NCBI GenBank assembly: GCA_964406075.1
Contig: CAYOQI010000001.1
Coordinates: 69,015 to 133,014, forward strand
Reading direction: 5' to 3'
Length of the DNA stretch: 64,000 nucleotides
From: an uncultured Pseudomonadales bacterium
Lineage (GTDB): Bacteria > Patescibacteriota > Microgenomatia > UBA1400 > PJMF01
The position numbers and the translations under genes were made by a program. Below, in pieces: positions 1 to 8,770 of the stretch (position 1 is its first letter; each line of letters starts with the position of its first letter). The notes below the pieces were generated by a model, which made no database searches, was not told the DNA's origin, and saw nothing but the letters and a program-made list of their open reading frames with translations.

Positions 1-1
1 T

Positions 2-883
2 TGGTCAAAGGTTCAACAACGAGGAGATCCAGCAGATGTGATTCACGCTCATGACTGGATGACATATCCTGCAGCACGGCTTTTGAGGAAGAAACTCAAA
101 AAGCCTTTTGTGGCTCATATCCACTCTACAGAATTTGATCGAGTTCCTCATGGTGAAGGCAATGGATACATTGCTCATCAAGAATATTTGGGATTGAAGG
201 ATGCCGATAGAGTGATTGCGGTGAGTGAATTAACGAAACAAGTGCTTATTCAAAAATACCAGATTGATCCGGAGAAAATCGATGTGGTTCACAATGGTAT
301 CAATGCTGCTCCAAAAATGGAAAGTCTCCGATTCGCAGATGATCGACCACTGATTGTCTTTATGGGACGCTTGACGATGCAAAAAGGCGCAGAGTACTTT
401 TTACAACTTGCTCGGAGTGTTCTTCAGGAAATTCCAGAAGCACTTTTCATCGTAGCCGGACATGGCGATCAGTATCATATGTTGTTACTAGAAAATGCTA
501 AATCTCAGTTATCATCCTCTGTTTTATTCGCTGGATTTCTTCGTGATCAACAAAAAGACTTTTTACTTGATAGAGCAAATGTTTTTGTTATGCCCTCGAT
601 TTCTGAACCATTTGGTTTGGTCGCTTTAGAGGCAGTTCAGCGTGATACACCCGTTATCATTTCTCAAACTTCAGGAGTAAAAGAAGTACTTCCAGGTGCC
701 ATTGTTGTTGATTTTTGGGATATAGACGCGATGACAAAACACATTCTTCGACTGATCCAAGATGAAACTTATCATAGTTCAATTCTTAACCAACAACTTC
801 AAGACATTGCACATGTGACCTGGGAAAATTCAGCTGAAAAAGTGAAGTCTATTTATCGGAAAATACTGAATAACAAAAAGTAA
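2..883 (+). CDS. Glycogen-synthase-like alpha-glucan glycosyltransferase (GT-B fold, GT4/GT5), 5' end cut by window edge
   Basis: The frame of ORF 38..883 stays open back to nt 2. It has the HAHDW motif typical of glycogen/starch synthases and the C-terminal GT-B motif SEPFGLVALEA. Its stop overlaps the next ATG (TAATG). Confidence 0.75.
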   Translation, partial: WSKVQQRGDPADVIHAHDWMTYPAARLLRKKLKKPFVAHIHSTEFDRVPHGEGNGYIAHQEYLGLKDADRVIAVSELTKQVLIQKYQIDPEKIDVVHNGINAAPKMESLRFADDRPLIVFMGRLTMQKGAEYFLQLARSVLQEIPEALFIVAGHGDQYHMLLLENAKSQLSSSVLFAGFLRDQQKDFLLDRANVFVMPSISEPFGLVALEAVQRDTPVIISQTSGVKEVLPGAIVVDFWDIDAMTKHILRLIQDETYHSSILNQQLQDIAHVTWENSAEKVKSIYRKILNNKK

Positions 884-2076
884 TGCCAACAGTTTGTCTG
901 TATCTCCATCTCCATCAACCTTTTCGGCTTCGACGGTACAGTATTTTTGATGTGGGAAATAGTGATCAGTATTTTACTGACACTCAAGACCAGAATGCGC
1001 AAATTTTCAATAAAGTTGCAGATAAATCATACTTACCAATGTTGGGTTTACTAAAAAACTTATTGAATTGGCATCCGGATTTTCATTTTGCTCTATCATT
1101 AACCGGAGTTTTTTTAGAACAAGCAGAAGAATATCGACCAGAAATTATTTCATTACTGCAAGAATTAGTACAAACAAAACGAGTCGAGCTTCTAGCCGAA
1201 ACCTATCATCATTCGCTGGCAAGTTTGTATGACCGAAAAGAATTCGAAGAACAAGTGACTCTACATCGGAAGAAGTTGTGGAAATTGTTCAAGTACAAAC
1301 CCAAAGTTTTTCGGAATACCGAACTTATTTACTCTGATCAAATTGGACAAATGGTTGCAGAGATGGGCTATAAAGGGCTATTAACTGAAGCAGTTGATCG
1401 GTATTTAGAAGGACCTCGGACTCAACTCTATTCTTCGTATACCAAAGATCGAATTCCTTTATTACTAAAACATGCTCATCTCTCCGATGATATTGCCTTT
1501 CGATTTTCAGCCAATCACCATGCTGGTAATCCATTGACCTCAGAAACATATGTGCATTGGCTCAATGATTATAAAGAAGACGAGTTTGTCAACTTATTTA
1601 TGGATTTTGAGACGTTTGGAGAGCATCAATGGGAAGACACTGGGATTTTTCAATTCTTCGAGCATATGGTGGCACAATTCCTCCGATTTCCTTGGAATAA
1701 ATTTCAAAATCCTTCACAAATTTTTTCTAAAGAGGATGCAAAAAATTTACCATTTTATAAAGTTCCCGATCCGATTTCATGGGCGGATATCGATCGTGAT
1801 CTGACTGCATGGAACGGAAATGATCTTCAAACTGATACTTTGCGAATTATTTATGCACTCAAAGAAAAAGTGTTGCGAACACATGATGATGAACTGATTG
1901 ATCAATGGAGAAAATTGCAGGCCAGCGATCATTTCTATTACATGTGTGTGAAGTGGTCGGCGGATGGTGATGTGCATGCGTACTTCAGTCCTTACGACTC
2001 ACCTTTTGATGCCTACAACAGATATACGACAGTTTTGGCTGATTTCAGGCAACGAGTGGGACAGTTTATTAATTAA
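883..2076 (+). CDS. Glycoside hydrolase family 57 (alpha-amylase/branching-enzyme-like)
   Basis: GH57 conserved regions are seen in the translation: LHLHQPFR near the N-terminus, FRNTELIY, and MDFETFGEHQWE. Confidence 0.8.
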   Translation: MPTVCLYLHLHQPFRLRRYSIFDVGNSDQYFTDTQDQNAQIFNKVADKSYLPMLGLLKNLLNWHPDFHFALSLTGVFLEQAEEYRPEIISLLQELVQTKRVELLAETYHHSLASLYDRKEFEEQVTLHRKKLWKLFKYKPKVFRNTELIYSDQIGQMVAEMGYKGLLTEAVDRYLEGPRTQLYSSYTKDRIPLLLKHAHLSDDIAFRFSANHHAGNPLTSETYVHWLNDYKEDEFVNLFMDFETFGEHQWEDTGIFQFFEHMVAQFLRFPWNKFQNPSQIFSKEDAKNLPFYKVPDPISWADIDRDLTAWNGNDLQTDTLRIIYALKEKVLRTHDDELIDQWRKLQASDHFYYMCVKWSADGDVHAYFSPYDSPFDAYNRYTTVLADFRQRVGQFIN

Positions 2077-2094
2077 AATTTAGGATTCCCTAAT

Positions 2095-4107
2095 ATGTCA
2101 CGAGCACTTGTTTTAGCCAATGGTTCTATGATGGTTTGTCTCGATGAGTTTGGATTCGTTCGAGACTTATATTTTCCATATATTGGTTTGGAAAATCACG
2201 TATTGGGAAAGCACCATCGAATTGGTATTCGCATGAATGGCCAATTTTCCTGGATAGATGACGGAAGTTGGCAAATTAGTATAAGTTATAAACCTGAAAC
2301 GATGGTAGGACTGCTGGTGTGTAAAAATGAAAAATTAAACGTCAGTGTGGTGATGGAAGATATTGTGTACAACGAAGACAATGTTTTTGTCAGAAACATC
2401 AATGTCTACAATCAATCTGCTCAACCTGCTGAAGTACAACTGTTCTTTGGTCAAGAATTCATGATTAGTGAAGGAAAAAAGCGGAACACTGGTTTTTATG
2501 ATCCGACTCATAATTTGATTGTTCATTACAAAGGACGTCGAGTATTTATAGTCAATGGACGCACTCAGTTTGGGCATGGGATCGATGATTTTGCGGTGGG
2601 TGCGTTCGAGTTTGAAGGGAAACAAGGATCTTTTCGTGATGCAGAAGATGGTCAATTATCCAAAAATGCAGTAGAACATGGTTCAGTTGATTCTGTGGTG
2701 CGATTAAGCATGACCTGCGAAGGGAATGAAAAAGTATCAGCCTATTATTGGATTTGTGCCGGGAAAACCTTAGATGAAGCGTACGCTTTAAACTCCAGAG
2801 TTTTGGAAAAAACTCCAGATGGAATGCTTCACTCCACCACAGAATACTGGAAAGCTTGGATAAATAAACGAGAATTTCATACAGGTGTTTTAACTCCCTT
2901 GCAGAAAAAATTATTCGACAACTCACTTTTTGTTTTGCGAGCTCACACCGATAATCAAGGAAGTATTATCGCTTCAGCTGATTCTCAAATGATGGAGTAT
3001 GGTAAAGATGATTACTCGTATATGTGGCCTCGAGATGCAGCCTATATCGTTGCTACATTAGATAAAGCTGGATATAGCGAAGTGACAAAGCCGTTTTTCC
3101 TTTTTTGTCAGGATGTATTGCATGAAGATGGGTACTTACATCACCGATTCCGTCCAGATAAAAGTTTAGGTTCTACGTGGCATTCCACAACTTCTCAGAC
3201 TGAATGGTTAAAAGACAAAATTCTCCAACTTCCGATTCAAGAAGATGAAAGTGCGGCTGTTTTGTTTGCGTTATGGAATCACTATGAATGTACAAAAGAC
3301 ATTGAGTTTATTGAGAAACTTTTTAAACCTTTTATTGAAAAAATTGCCAACTTTTTAGTAATGTTCCGAGATGAAAAAACCAAGTTGCCACTTCCCTCCT
3401 ATGATTTATGGGAAGAAAAAATTGGAATTTCGACCTACACCTGCTCGGCAGTCTACGGTGGGTTGATGGCAGCTGCTCGATTTGCTGAAATGCTGGGAAA
3501 ACGAAATCACATGAGGATTTATACAGAAGCGGCTAAAGAAATTAAAAATGCCACTAAAGATCATCTTTTCAATACGGAATTAAATTCTTTTGTTCGAGTT
3601 GCTCAATTACAAAATGGAGTTATTCAACATGAAAAAATCGTTGATGCAAGCTCGTTATTTGGATTGTGGTATTTTGGCATGTTAGAACAAGACGATCCAC
3701 AATTTTTAGCCACAGAAGAACAATTAAAAAAGAGATTAACCAGTCCGTCAGAAGTTGGTGGAATTATTCGATATGAGTATGATAATTACTTCCGCTCTAC
3801 CGATAAATCAAATCCTTGGATCATCACTACACTTTGGGAAGCATTAAGAGTTTTACATCGTAACTTCACTTCTGACTCTGATCTTGAATTTGTCAAAAAT
3901 ACCTTGGACTGGGTCGGCCAACATATGTATCGATCTGGTGTTTTAGCCGAACAATTGAATCCGTATACAGCTGAGTCACTCTCAGCCACACCGCTAGTTT
4001 GGAGTCATGCGGTATATATCGAAACAGTATTGATGTATATTAAAAAGCTGGAAGCAATGGGCTTATGTCCACAATGTGGATCAGGAGTAAAGTTACATAC
4101 TGAGTAA
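2095..4107 (+). CDS. Glycoside hydrolase family 15 (glucoamylase/glucodextranase-like)
   Basis: GH15 motifs YMWPRDAAYIV, YDLWEEKIG and VLAEQLNP are present. The 670 aa length fits an N-terminal beta-domain plus an (alpha/alpha)6 catalytic domain. Confidence 0.85.
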   Translation: MSRALVLANGSMMVCLDEFGFVRDLYFPYIGLENHVLGKHHRIGIRMNGQFSWIDDGSWQISISYKPETMVGLLVCKNEKLNVSVVMEDIVYNEDNVFVRNINVYNQSAQPAEVQLFFGQEFMISEGKKRNTGFYDPTHNLIVHYKGRRVFIVNGRTQFGHGIDDFAVGAFEFEGKQGSFRDAEDGQLSKNAVEHGSVDSVVRLSMTCEGNEKVSAYYWICAGKTLDEAYALNSRVLEKTPDGMLHSTTEYWKAWINKREFHTGVLTPLQKKLFDNSLFVLRAHTDNQGSIIASADSQMMEYGKDDYSYMWPRDAAYIVATLDKAGYSEVTKPFFLFCQDVLHEDGYLHHRFRPDKSLGSTWHSTTSQTEWLKDKILQLPIQEDESAAVLFALWNHYECTKDIEFIEKLFKPFIEKIANFLVMFRDEKTKLPLPSYDLWEEKIGISTYTCSAVYGGLMAAARFAEMLGKRNHMRIYTEAAKEIKNATKDHLFNTELNSFVRVAQLQNGVIQHEKIVDASSLFGLWYFGMLEQDDPQFLATEEQLKKRLTSPSEVGGIIRYEYDNYFRSTDKSNPWIITTLWEALRVLHRNFTSDSDLEFVKNTLDWVGQHMYRSGVLAEQLNPYTAESLSATPLVWSHAVYIETVLMYIKKLEAMGLCPQCGSGVKLHTE

Positions 4108-4116
4108 TCATTTCAT

Positions 4117-5046
4117 ATGACAAATTCAAAACAAGAAGTACTACTCGCAGTAGATGGTGGTGGAACAAAAACAGTTGTTTGGGTGGCTGATTTAGAAGGT
4201 AAGATTTTGGGTAAAGGAAAAAGTGGGCCAATGAGTTTGGCTGCTACTTCCGCTGAGATTGCTATTCAGAATTTATTTGAAGCATTACACGAAGCACTTC
4301 CTGATCATTCTCAAATTTCAATCAAAAAAGCCGTAATTGGAGCCGCAGGTGTTGATACTGATGATGAGATCAAAGTAGCGACGAAAGTTTTTCATGATGC
4401 CCTGAAAAAAGAATATGACATCGAGGAACTAGTGCTGGTAAATGATATTCGAATTGCTTTAGAAAGTGGTGCAACATCACCAAATGCTATTGCATTAATA
4501 TCTGGCACTGGCTCAAATTGTTTTGGAAAAAATGAGAAAGGTGAAACTGCGAAAGCTGGTGGAATGGATTTCCTTTTGTCTGATCAAGGGAGTGGATATG
4601 ATATTGGACAAAAAGTGCTACGTGCTGTTATTAAAGCCTATGATGGACGTGGTCCTTCAACAGTAATGGAAGAACTTATTTGTCAGCATTTTCACATTTC
4701 AGATTTAGGTAAGTTAAAAGATCATGTCTATCATCCAATTTTAAATAAAACTCAAATTGGACAATTGGCAAAGATTTGTTTTGAAGCACTTGAAAGACAA
4801 GATACTGTGGCAAATGAAATAATTAATGGTGCAATCGAAGAGTTAGTACTCATGATTTCTGCCGTGGTTCGAAAACTAAATCTTATGCATACCCATGCCG
4901 ATGTGGTGTTAGTGGGTGGAATTGCCACCGATCCATATATGAAAAAACAGTTGGAAAAAAGACTAAATTCACGTTTCTCAAAATTGAAGTTAATTGTTCC
5001 AGAAGAACCAGCTGTTTCAGGTGCATTAAAAATGGCGTTAAGTTGA
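4117..5046 (+). CDS. BadF/BadG/BcrA/BcrD-type ATPase, N-acetylglucosamine-kinase-family sugar kinase (candidate glucokinase)
   Basis: It has the N-terminal phosphate-1 motif LLAVDGGGTKT and a later LISGTGSNCFG. It lies 9 nt downstream of GH15 on the same strand. Confidence 0.75.
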   Translation: MTNSKQEVLLAVDGGGTKTVVWVADLEGKILGKGKSGPMSLAATSAEIAIQNLFEALHEALPDHSQISIKKAVIGAAGVDTDDEIKVATKVFHDALKKEYDIEELVLVNDIRIALESGATSPNAIALISGTGSNCFGKNEKGETAKAGGMDFLLSDQGSGYDIGQKVLRAVIKAYDGRGPSTVMEELICQHFHISDLGKLKDHVYHPILNKTQIGQLAKICFEALERQDTVANEIINGAIEELVLMISAVVRKLNLMHTHADVVLVGGIATDPYMKKQLEKRLNSRFSKLKLIVPEEPAVSGALKMALS

Positions 5047-5053
5047 ATACTAG

Positions 5054-5356
5054 TTAGTTGTTAAGTCTCTTACTTACTCTTCTTGCTATACGCATAAACT
5101 CATCACTTAAGCTTGAATCAATGTAGTTATCTGCAGTTTGAATAGCAATTTGAAGTTGCTCAACAGAATCAAAAGTGATATTACGACTCCTCAATTCATC
5201 AAGAAACAATTGAGTAGTATCGGAGCCTGCTTCAATTAACAAAAGAATGAAAGCGAGATCACTTGTCTGAGCGTCTTCACTTCTGACACTTTTATTATTG
5301 ATCTCTACTTGATCAGTGATTTGTTTAGTAAGTTCATCTGAAATAAATTCGCCCAT
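5054..5356 (-). CDS. Hypothetical small acidic protein (100 aa)
   Basis: The ORF lies 26 nt downstream of the DUF2130 gene on the same strand. No motif was recognised, so support is only length and position. Confidence 0.4.
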   Translation of the reverse strand: MGEFISDELTKQITDQVEINNKSVRSEDAQTSDLAFILLLIEAGSDTTQLFLDELRSRNITFDSVEQLQIAIQTADNYIDSSLSDEFMRIARRVSKRLNN

Positions 5357-5382
5357 ATTTTCCTTTCAGTAATCAAATAACA

Positions 5383-6597
5383 TTATAACAATGTCTGTTG
5401 CAGTTCTTTTTCTTCGTTAGTGTCTTCAGGAATCTTAAGATAATCAACCGCTGGTAATTCATTGCCCACTAAACCTTCCAAATCAGCCCGCATACCAATT
5501 GTGTTATCGACAATCCGTCGAATTTGCTTTTCTTGTTTTGCCCACTTTGCAGTAAACCAACGTTTTTCTGTTTCAATCGTATCTTGCATGCTAGCAAATG
5601 TTTCTACAATTGCTTCGATGCGATGTTTGAAGTCAGTACTGGTAATGTATTGGTATAAAATCTCGGCTTTGGAGGACTTATTGGTATTTGCAAGTTTTTC
5701 AAAATTAAGGCTGACCAAGTTATATCGAAGCGCCATGGCTAAAGGAATAGCGATATGTCTCTTCACCACCCAAACTCCATCTTTGTAGGTGTATGTTTCA
5801 GTTTCAGGTGTCTCGGTTACGACAAGCACTGCTATTTGAGATTTAGCTTGGCGTTGGTTTTCTTTGAGTGTAGGAATCCAACTGGATTGCCATTTTGCAT
5901 TTTTTGATTCCCACAAAATGGTTCCACAATTGCGGCCATTTTTATCAATAACTTGCTGAACAACGTCTGCTCCACGAATACCTTTTTTTACTTCAGAAAT
6001 AAGGTCAGAAGGAAATTCTTTTTTGAGTAAACCTTCTAATTCCAGCTCAAATACTTCACCCTGAGATTGTTGCGAGCCCTGTTGGAGTTTTCGTTGAAGA
6101 TCAGAAATTTGTTTTTGGGCATCATCATTCTTCTTTTTTTCCTGTGCCAAGATAAGGGAGGTTTTATCTTCAGCTGCTTTCATGGCTTCAGTGCGGATTT
6201 TCTCGCGTTCTTCATCCAACTGACGTTGCTTTTCTATTTCAAACTTTCTTTTTGACTCTTCAAGCTCACGTTTTTCTTTTCGTATTTTTAATTCTTCTTC
6301 TTCCGCTTGCTCTGCCCTTTTTCTCAGCTTCAAAATTTGATCTTCTTTATCTTGAATCTCTTTAGAGATTTGTTCTTTTGTCTCAGTCCTAATTTTTTCC
6401 GAAATGAGTTGTTCAGCTTTTTTGATGTCTTCTATTCGTGATGCTTCAATTTTTTGTTTTTCGTTTTGGAGTTTTTGAATTTCCTCCTGATGTTTAACCT
6501 GTGTCTCTCGAATAAGTTTTTCTTCCAGTTCATGTTTAAAGGCATCTGTAGGTTCAAAAAGCTTGTGGCAATGTGGGCAAGTTATTTGTGAAGACAT
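5383..6597 (-). CDS. DUF2130-family protein: N-terminal zinc ribbon, long Lys/Glu coiled coil, C-terminal PD-(D/E)xK-like nuclease domain
   Basis: CPHCHK sits at the N-terminus, followed by ~170 aa of E/K-rich heptad-like sequence. The C-terminal part has GADVVQ ... ILWESKNAKW (a D...ExK pattern), typical of DUF2130. Confidence 0.7.
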   Translation of the reverse strand: MSSQITCPHCHKLFEPTDAFKHELEEKLIRETQVKHQEEIQKLQNEKQKIEASRIEDIKKAEQLISEKIRTETKEQISKEIQDKEDQILKLRKRAEQAEEEELKIRKEKRELEESKRKFEIEKQRQLDEEREKIRTEAMKAAEDKTSLILAQEKKKNDDAQKQISDLQRKLQQGSQQSQGEVFELELEGLLKKEFPSDLISEVKKGIRGADVVQQVIDKNGRNCGTILWESKNAKWQSSWIPTLKENQRQAKSQIAVLVVTETPETETYTYKDGVWVVKRHIAIPLAMALRYNLVSLNFEKLANTNKSSKAEILYQYITSTDFKHRIEAIVETFASMQDTIETEKRWFTAKWAKQEKQIRRIVDNTIGMRADLEGLVGNELPAVDYLKIPEDTNEEKELQQTLL

Positions 6598-6606
6598 ATG
6601 GAAATC

Positions 6607-6612
6607 ATAGTA
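6607..6612 (-). promoter_or_regulatory. -10-like hexamer TACTAT, 9 nt upstream of the DUF2130 ATG
   Basis: The reverse complement of 6598-6614 reads GCTACTATGATTTCCAT followed by ATG. No Shine-Dalgarno motif is present. Confidence 0.3.
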
Positions 6613-6654
6613 GCAAATAAAACACGAAACCGGAAGATATCAAATAGTAACAAA

Positions 6655-7377
6655 CTATGACAGGTTTTGGTCAGTAAACAGATGTGATGGAACTTCCGAG
6701 AATATCTTCGCCGGACAAAGATGGATCGATGTGGATGACTGATTTATTTTTTTCAAAACTGACTTCTTTTTTTCACCAGAAGCAAAAACAACACGTTCAT
6801 CCAAATTTTTTATACCGTTCATATTGAGTGTCATTCTCTCCTTAAAAGGATTTGGATAATTGGGATTCACTTGATTAAGATTGAAAAATGAATATACCTC
6901 GTTCGTTGCAGGTGAGAACAGTGAGTCAAAAGGGGTTGAATCGTCAAAAACGGGTAACATTCCCGCTGTATGTCCATCTTCCCCAATTCCAAAAAGACCC
7001 AGTTTCTTTGTTGGTTGAGTATAATTTGATGTAAAAAAGCTATTCATCCGATCAATTTCTTGTTCTATGGGTAATCCTGTTAAAACTGGAAACCACTGCC
7101 CACTTTTTTTTTCTACAAGATCAATAAGGCCATTTGTTCTTATTAACGTTTCATTACTATCGGCATGGCCAGGTTGGCCATATCTTTCGTCGATTAAGGA
7201 CATTGTTAACCAAGATAAATCATCAAAGTTATTCAGCTTGGGTACTAATAATTCCGCAATTTTGGAAGCTGAACCACCTGACCAAAAGAGCAGAGTTGGT
7301 TGAGATGCGTTGTTTTTTAAAAAAGAAAAAATCGATTCGGCACAATTTTCTGTGGGAGATGAATTTGAAATTATCAT
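6655..7377 (-). CDS. pgl: 6-phosphogluconolactonase
   Basis: Motifs SGGSASKI, LIDERYG and GIGEDGHTAGMLP match the SugarP_isomerase/6PGL family. It is divergent from pgi-zwf-gnd. Confidence 0.8.
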   Translation of the reverse strand: MIISNSSPTENCAESIFSFLKNNASQPTLLFWSGGSASKIAELLVPKLNNFDDLSWLTMSLIDERYGQPGHADSNETLIRTNGLIDLVEKKSGQWFPVLTGLPIEQEIDRMNSFFTSNYTQPTKKLGLFGIGEDGHTAGMLPVFDDSTPFDSLFSPATNEVYSFFNLNQVNPNYPNPFKERMTLNMNGIKNLDERVVFASGEKKKSVLKKINQSSTSIHLCPAKIFSEVPSHLFTDQNLS

Positions 7378-7382
7378 AGAGT

Positions 7383-7388
7383 TTTATA
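7383..7388 (-). promoter_or_regulatory. -10-like TATAAA (preceded by TG), 5 nt upstream of the pgl ATG
   Basis: The reverse complement of 7378-7391 reads TTGTATAAAACTCT followed by ATG. No SD motif is present. Confidence 0.3.
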
Positions 7389-7467
7389 CAAGTTTTTATT
7401 ACATTGCTTTCATATAATACTTACTATAAGTCATTATTCTGATATACTTCGTGTTGAAGATACTATT

Positions 7468-7496
7468 AATATCGTGGATACCACGATATTTTTTTT
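7468..7496 (+). terminator. Orphan intrinsic terminator-like hairpin (10-bp stem, 3-nt loop, T-run)
   Basis: AATATCGTGG-ATA-CCACGATATT is followed by a T8 run. It is only terminator-like on the plus strand, yet no annotated plus-strand gene lies upstream. Confidence 0.4.
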
Positions 7497-7634
7497 CTTC
7501 AAACTATGCACATACATTCTAATATATTTGCCCCTCTTGTGTCTTTGTGCATAAGACTGGCGGATTTGACTGAATGGATGGTGGAAGGCACTTTCTAAGT
7601 GTCTTGCTCCTTTACAAATGAAGAGACAAAAAAA

Positions 7635-7684
7635 TTGATTGTGGCAGTGAGTCCCGCTAATGCGAGGTTCTCCGCCACAATCAA
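7635..7684 (+). promoter_or_regulatory. Stable 11-bp-stem hairpin in the putative 5' leader of the secreted-protein gene
   Basis: TTGATTGTGGC (7635-7645) pairs perfectly with GCCACAATCAA (7674-7684) around a 28-nt GC-rich loop. It lies ~55 nt upstream of the SD at 7739-7746. Confidence 0.25.
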
Positions 7685-7753
7685 ATCGATTGCTTGCCGT
7701 GTGGATGAAATAAGACGGATGCAAAATTTGCTCAAATCAAGGAGAGTATTTCG

Positions 7754-8587
7754 ATGATTAAGAGGTTCGTGGTCTTTTTACCGGTGTTGGTGGCGTTAAT
7801 TTTTGCTACCAGCGTTTTTGCCCAGGATGAGCTACCCTGGGAGGCTGAAGCAGGTGGCGACAGTGCCACTGCAACCTATCACACCTACGCAAACATGGTC
7901 ATTTCCGATCCATGTTTGTTGCTTGAATTTACAATCGGTTCCGACGTGGGTTCCACACCAGATGAGATTCAGCCTTTTGTGAATAGAGGGAAACAACAGT
8001 GGGTGTATCCTGTCGAAGAGATTCTGCCCGGACAAGCGAATGGGATAACTTTCACTGTCTACGTGCCGTTTGACCGAATGAGGCTAAAGGTAGACGGGCA
8101 TCTATCGGAAACAGAATATTTTGACCCTACCGCCGGTAAAGTTTCCGACGTTGGTCTTCACCTCTGGGACCCTGAGTTCGAAGCGAATTTAGTGTTGACC
8201 AGGTTCGAAGCGATGAGCGAAAGGTGTATCGAGATCCTCATCCCGGAGGGAGAGCCTGAAATAACTCCTGAGCCTGCACAGGAAGTAACGATCCAGCAGT
8301 GCGAAATGCAGGTGTATCCAATGCTCCTCACCAGCAGTTTAGGAAATGAGCACCTGTTAGAAGTTGTCACAATTCAAAATGCCAGCCTGAGGGTATTACA
8401 AGAAGAAATCGTCATTTCGTACAATGGCGAACCACTACCAGTTTCCTGGGTGGGCTTTTTTGTAGATCGAGAAGGGAAGCACATCAGCAGATGGCAGATA
8501 CCAGTTTGGTTCCCATTTGAACACTTCGATTGGGAAAACTCAGCGCGGTGGAGCTTGGGAGTCACCTCTGGTGAATGCCCTAGCTAA
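7754..8587 (+). CDS. Orphan secreted protein (277 aa), codon usage atypical for the window
   Basis: A strong SD (AAGGAGAG, 7739-7746) lies 7 nt before the ATG. The signal peptide reads MIKRFVVFLPVLVALIFATSVFA|QDE. Codons are rich in G/C at the third position, and a strong terminator follows. No family was recognised. Confidence 0.7.
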   Translation: MIKRFVVFLPVLVALIFATSVFAQDELPWEAEAGGDSATATYHTYANMVISDPCLLLEFTIGSDVGSTPDEIQPFVNRGKQQWVYPVEEILPGQANGITFTVYVPFDRMRLKVDGHLSETEYFDPTAGKVSDVGLHLWDPEFEANLVLTRFEAMSERCIEILIPEGEPEITPEPAQEVTIQQCEMQVYPMLLTSSLGNEHLLEVVTIQNASLRVLQEEIVISYNGEPLPVSWVGFFVDREGKHISRWQIPVWFPFEHFDWENSARWSLGVTSGECPS

Positions 8588-8624
8588 TTTTTGACTCTTT
8601 AAATCTTCAATTTGTATTGTGCAA

Positions 8625-8651
8625 GGCCGGGTAAGGAGACCCGGCCTTTTT
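8625..8651 (+). terminator. Rho-independent terminator
   Basis: GGCCGGGT-AAGGAG-ACCCGGCC followed by TTTTT, about 38 nt after the stop of 7754..8587. Confidence 0.75.
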
Positions 8652-8770
8652 GTACCTAATTACGAAGTTCATATTAAAAATAACCTGCTTGCAAGGCAGA
8701 ATCAACTGTGTCAAGATTCGAGGATACAGCCTTCTTTCTAGTTGCTGTCATACATTATCCGAGGAATCCT

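Noticed and set aside
7555-7684. A possible ZTP (pfl-motif) riboswitch: GACTGGCGG at 7555-7563, GGTGG at 7578-7582 and CCGCC at 7672-7676 recall the ACUGGCG ... CCGCCUGGG pseudoknot.
   Set aside because: The CCACC partner of GGUGG, the GGGUCGUG start and the UGGGC after CCGCC are all absent. The downstream gene is unrelated to purine or folate metabolism. The similarity is judged coincidental.
7434-7724. A 96-aa minus-strand ORF in the pgl/islet spacer.
   Set aside because: It has an odd His/Cys/Arg-rich composition, no SD or -10 geometry, and it runs through two strong hairpins. It is more likely non-coding leader or spacer sequence.
7434-8651. Calling the codon-atypical islet a mobile element.
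   Set aside because: No integrase, transposase or tRNA target is present. I found no convincing flanking direct or inverted repeats, only an 8-nt TTCATAT(A/T) similarity. It is reported as a compositional anomaly only.
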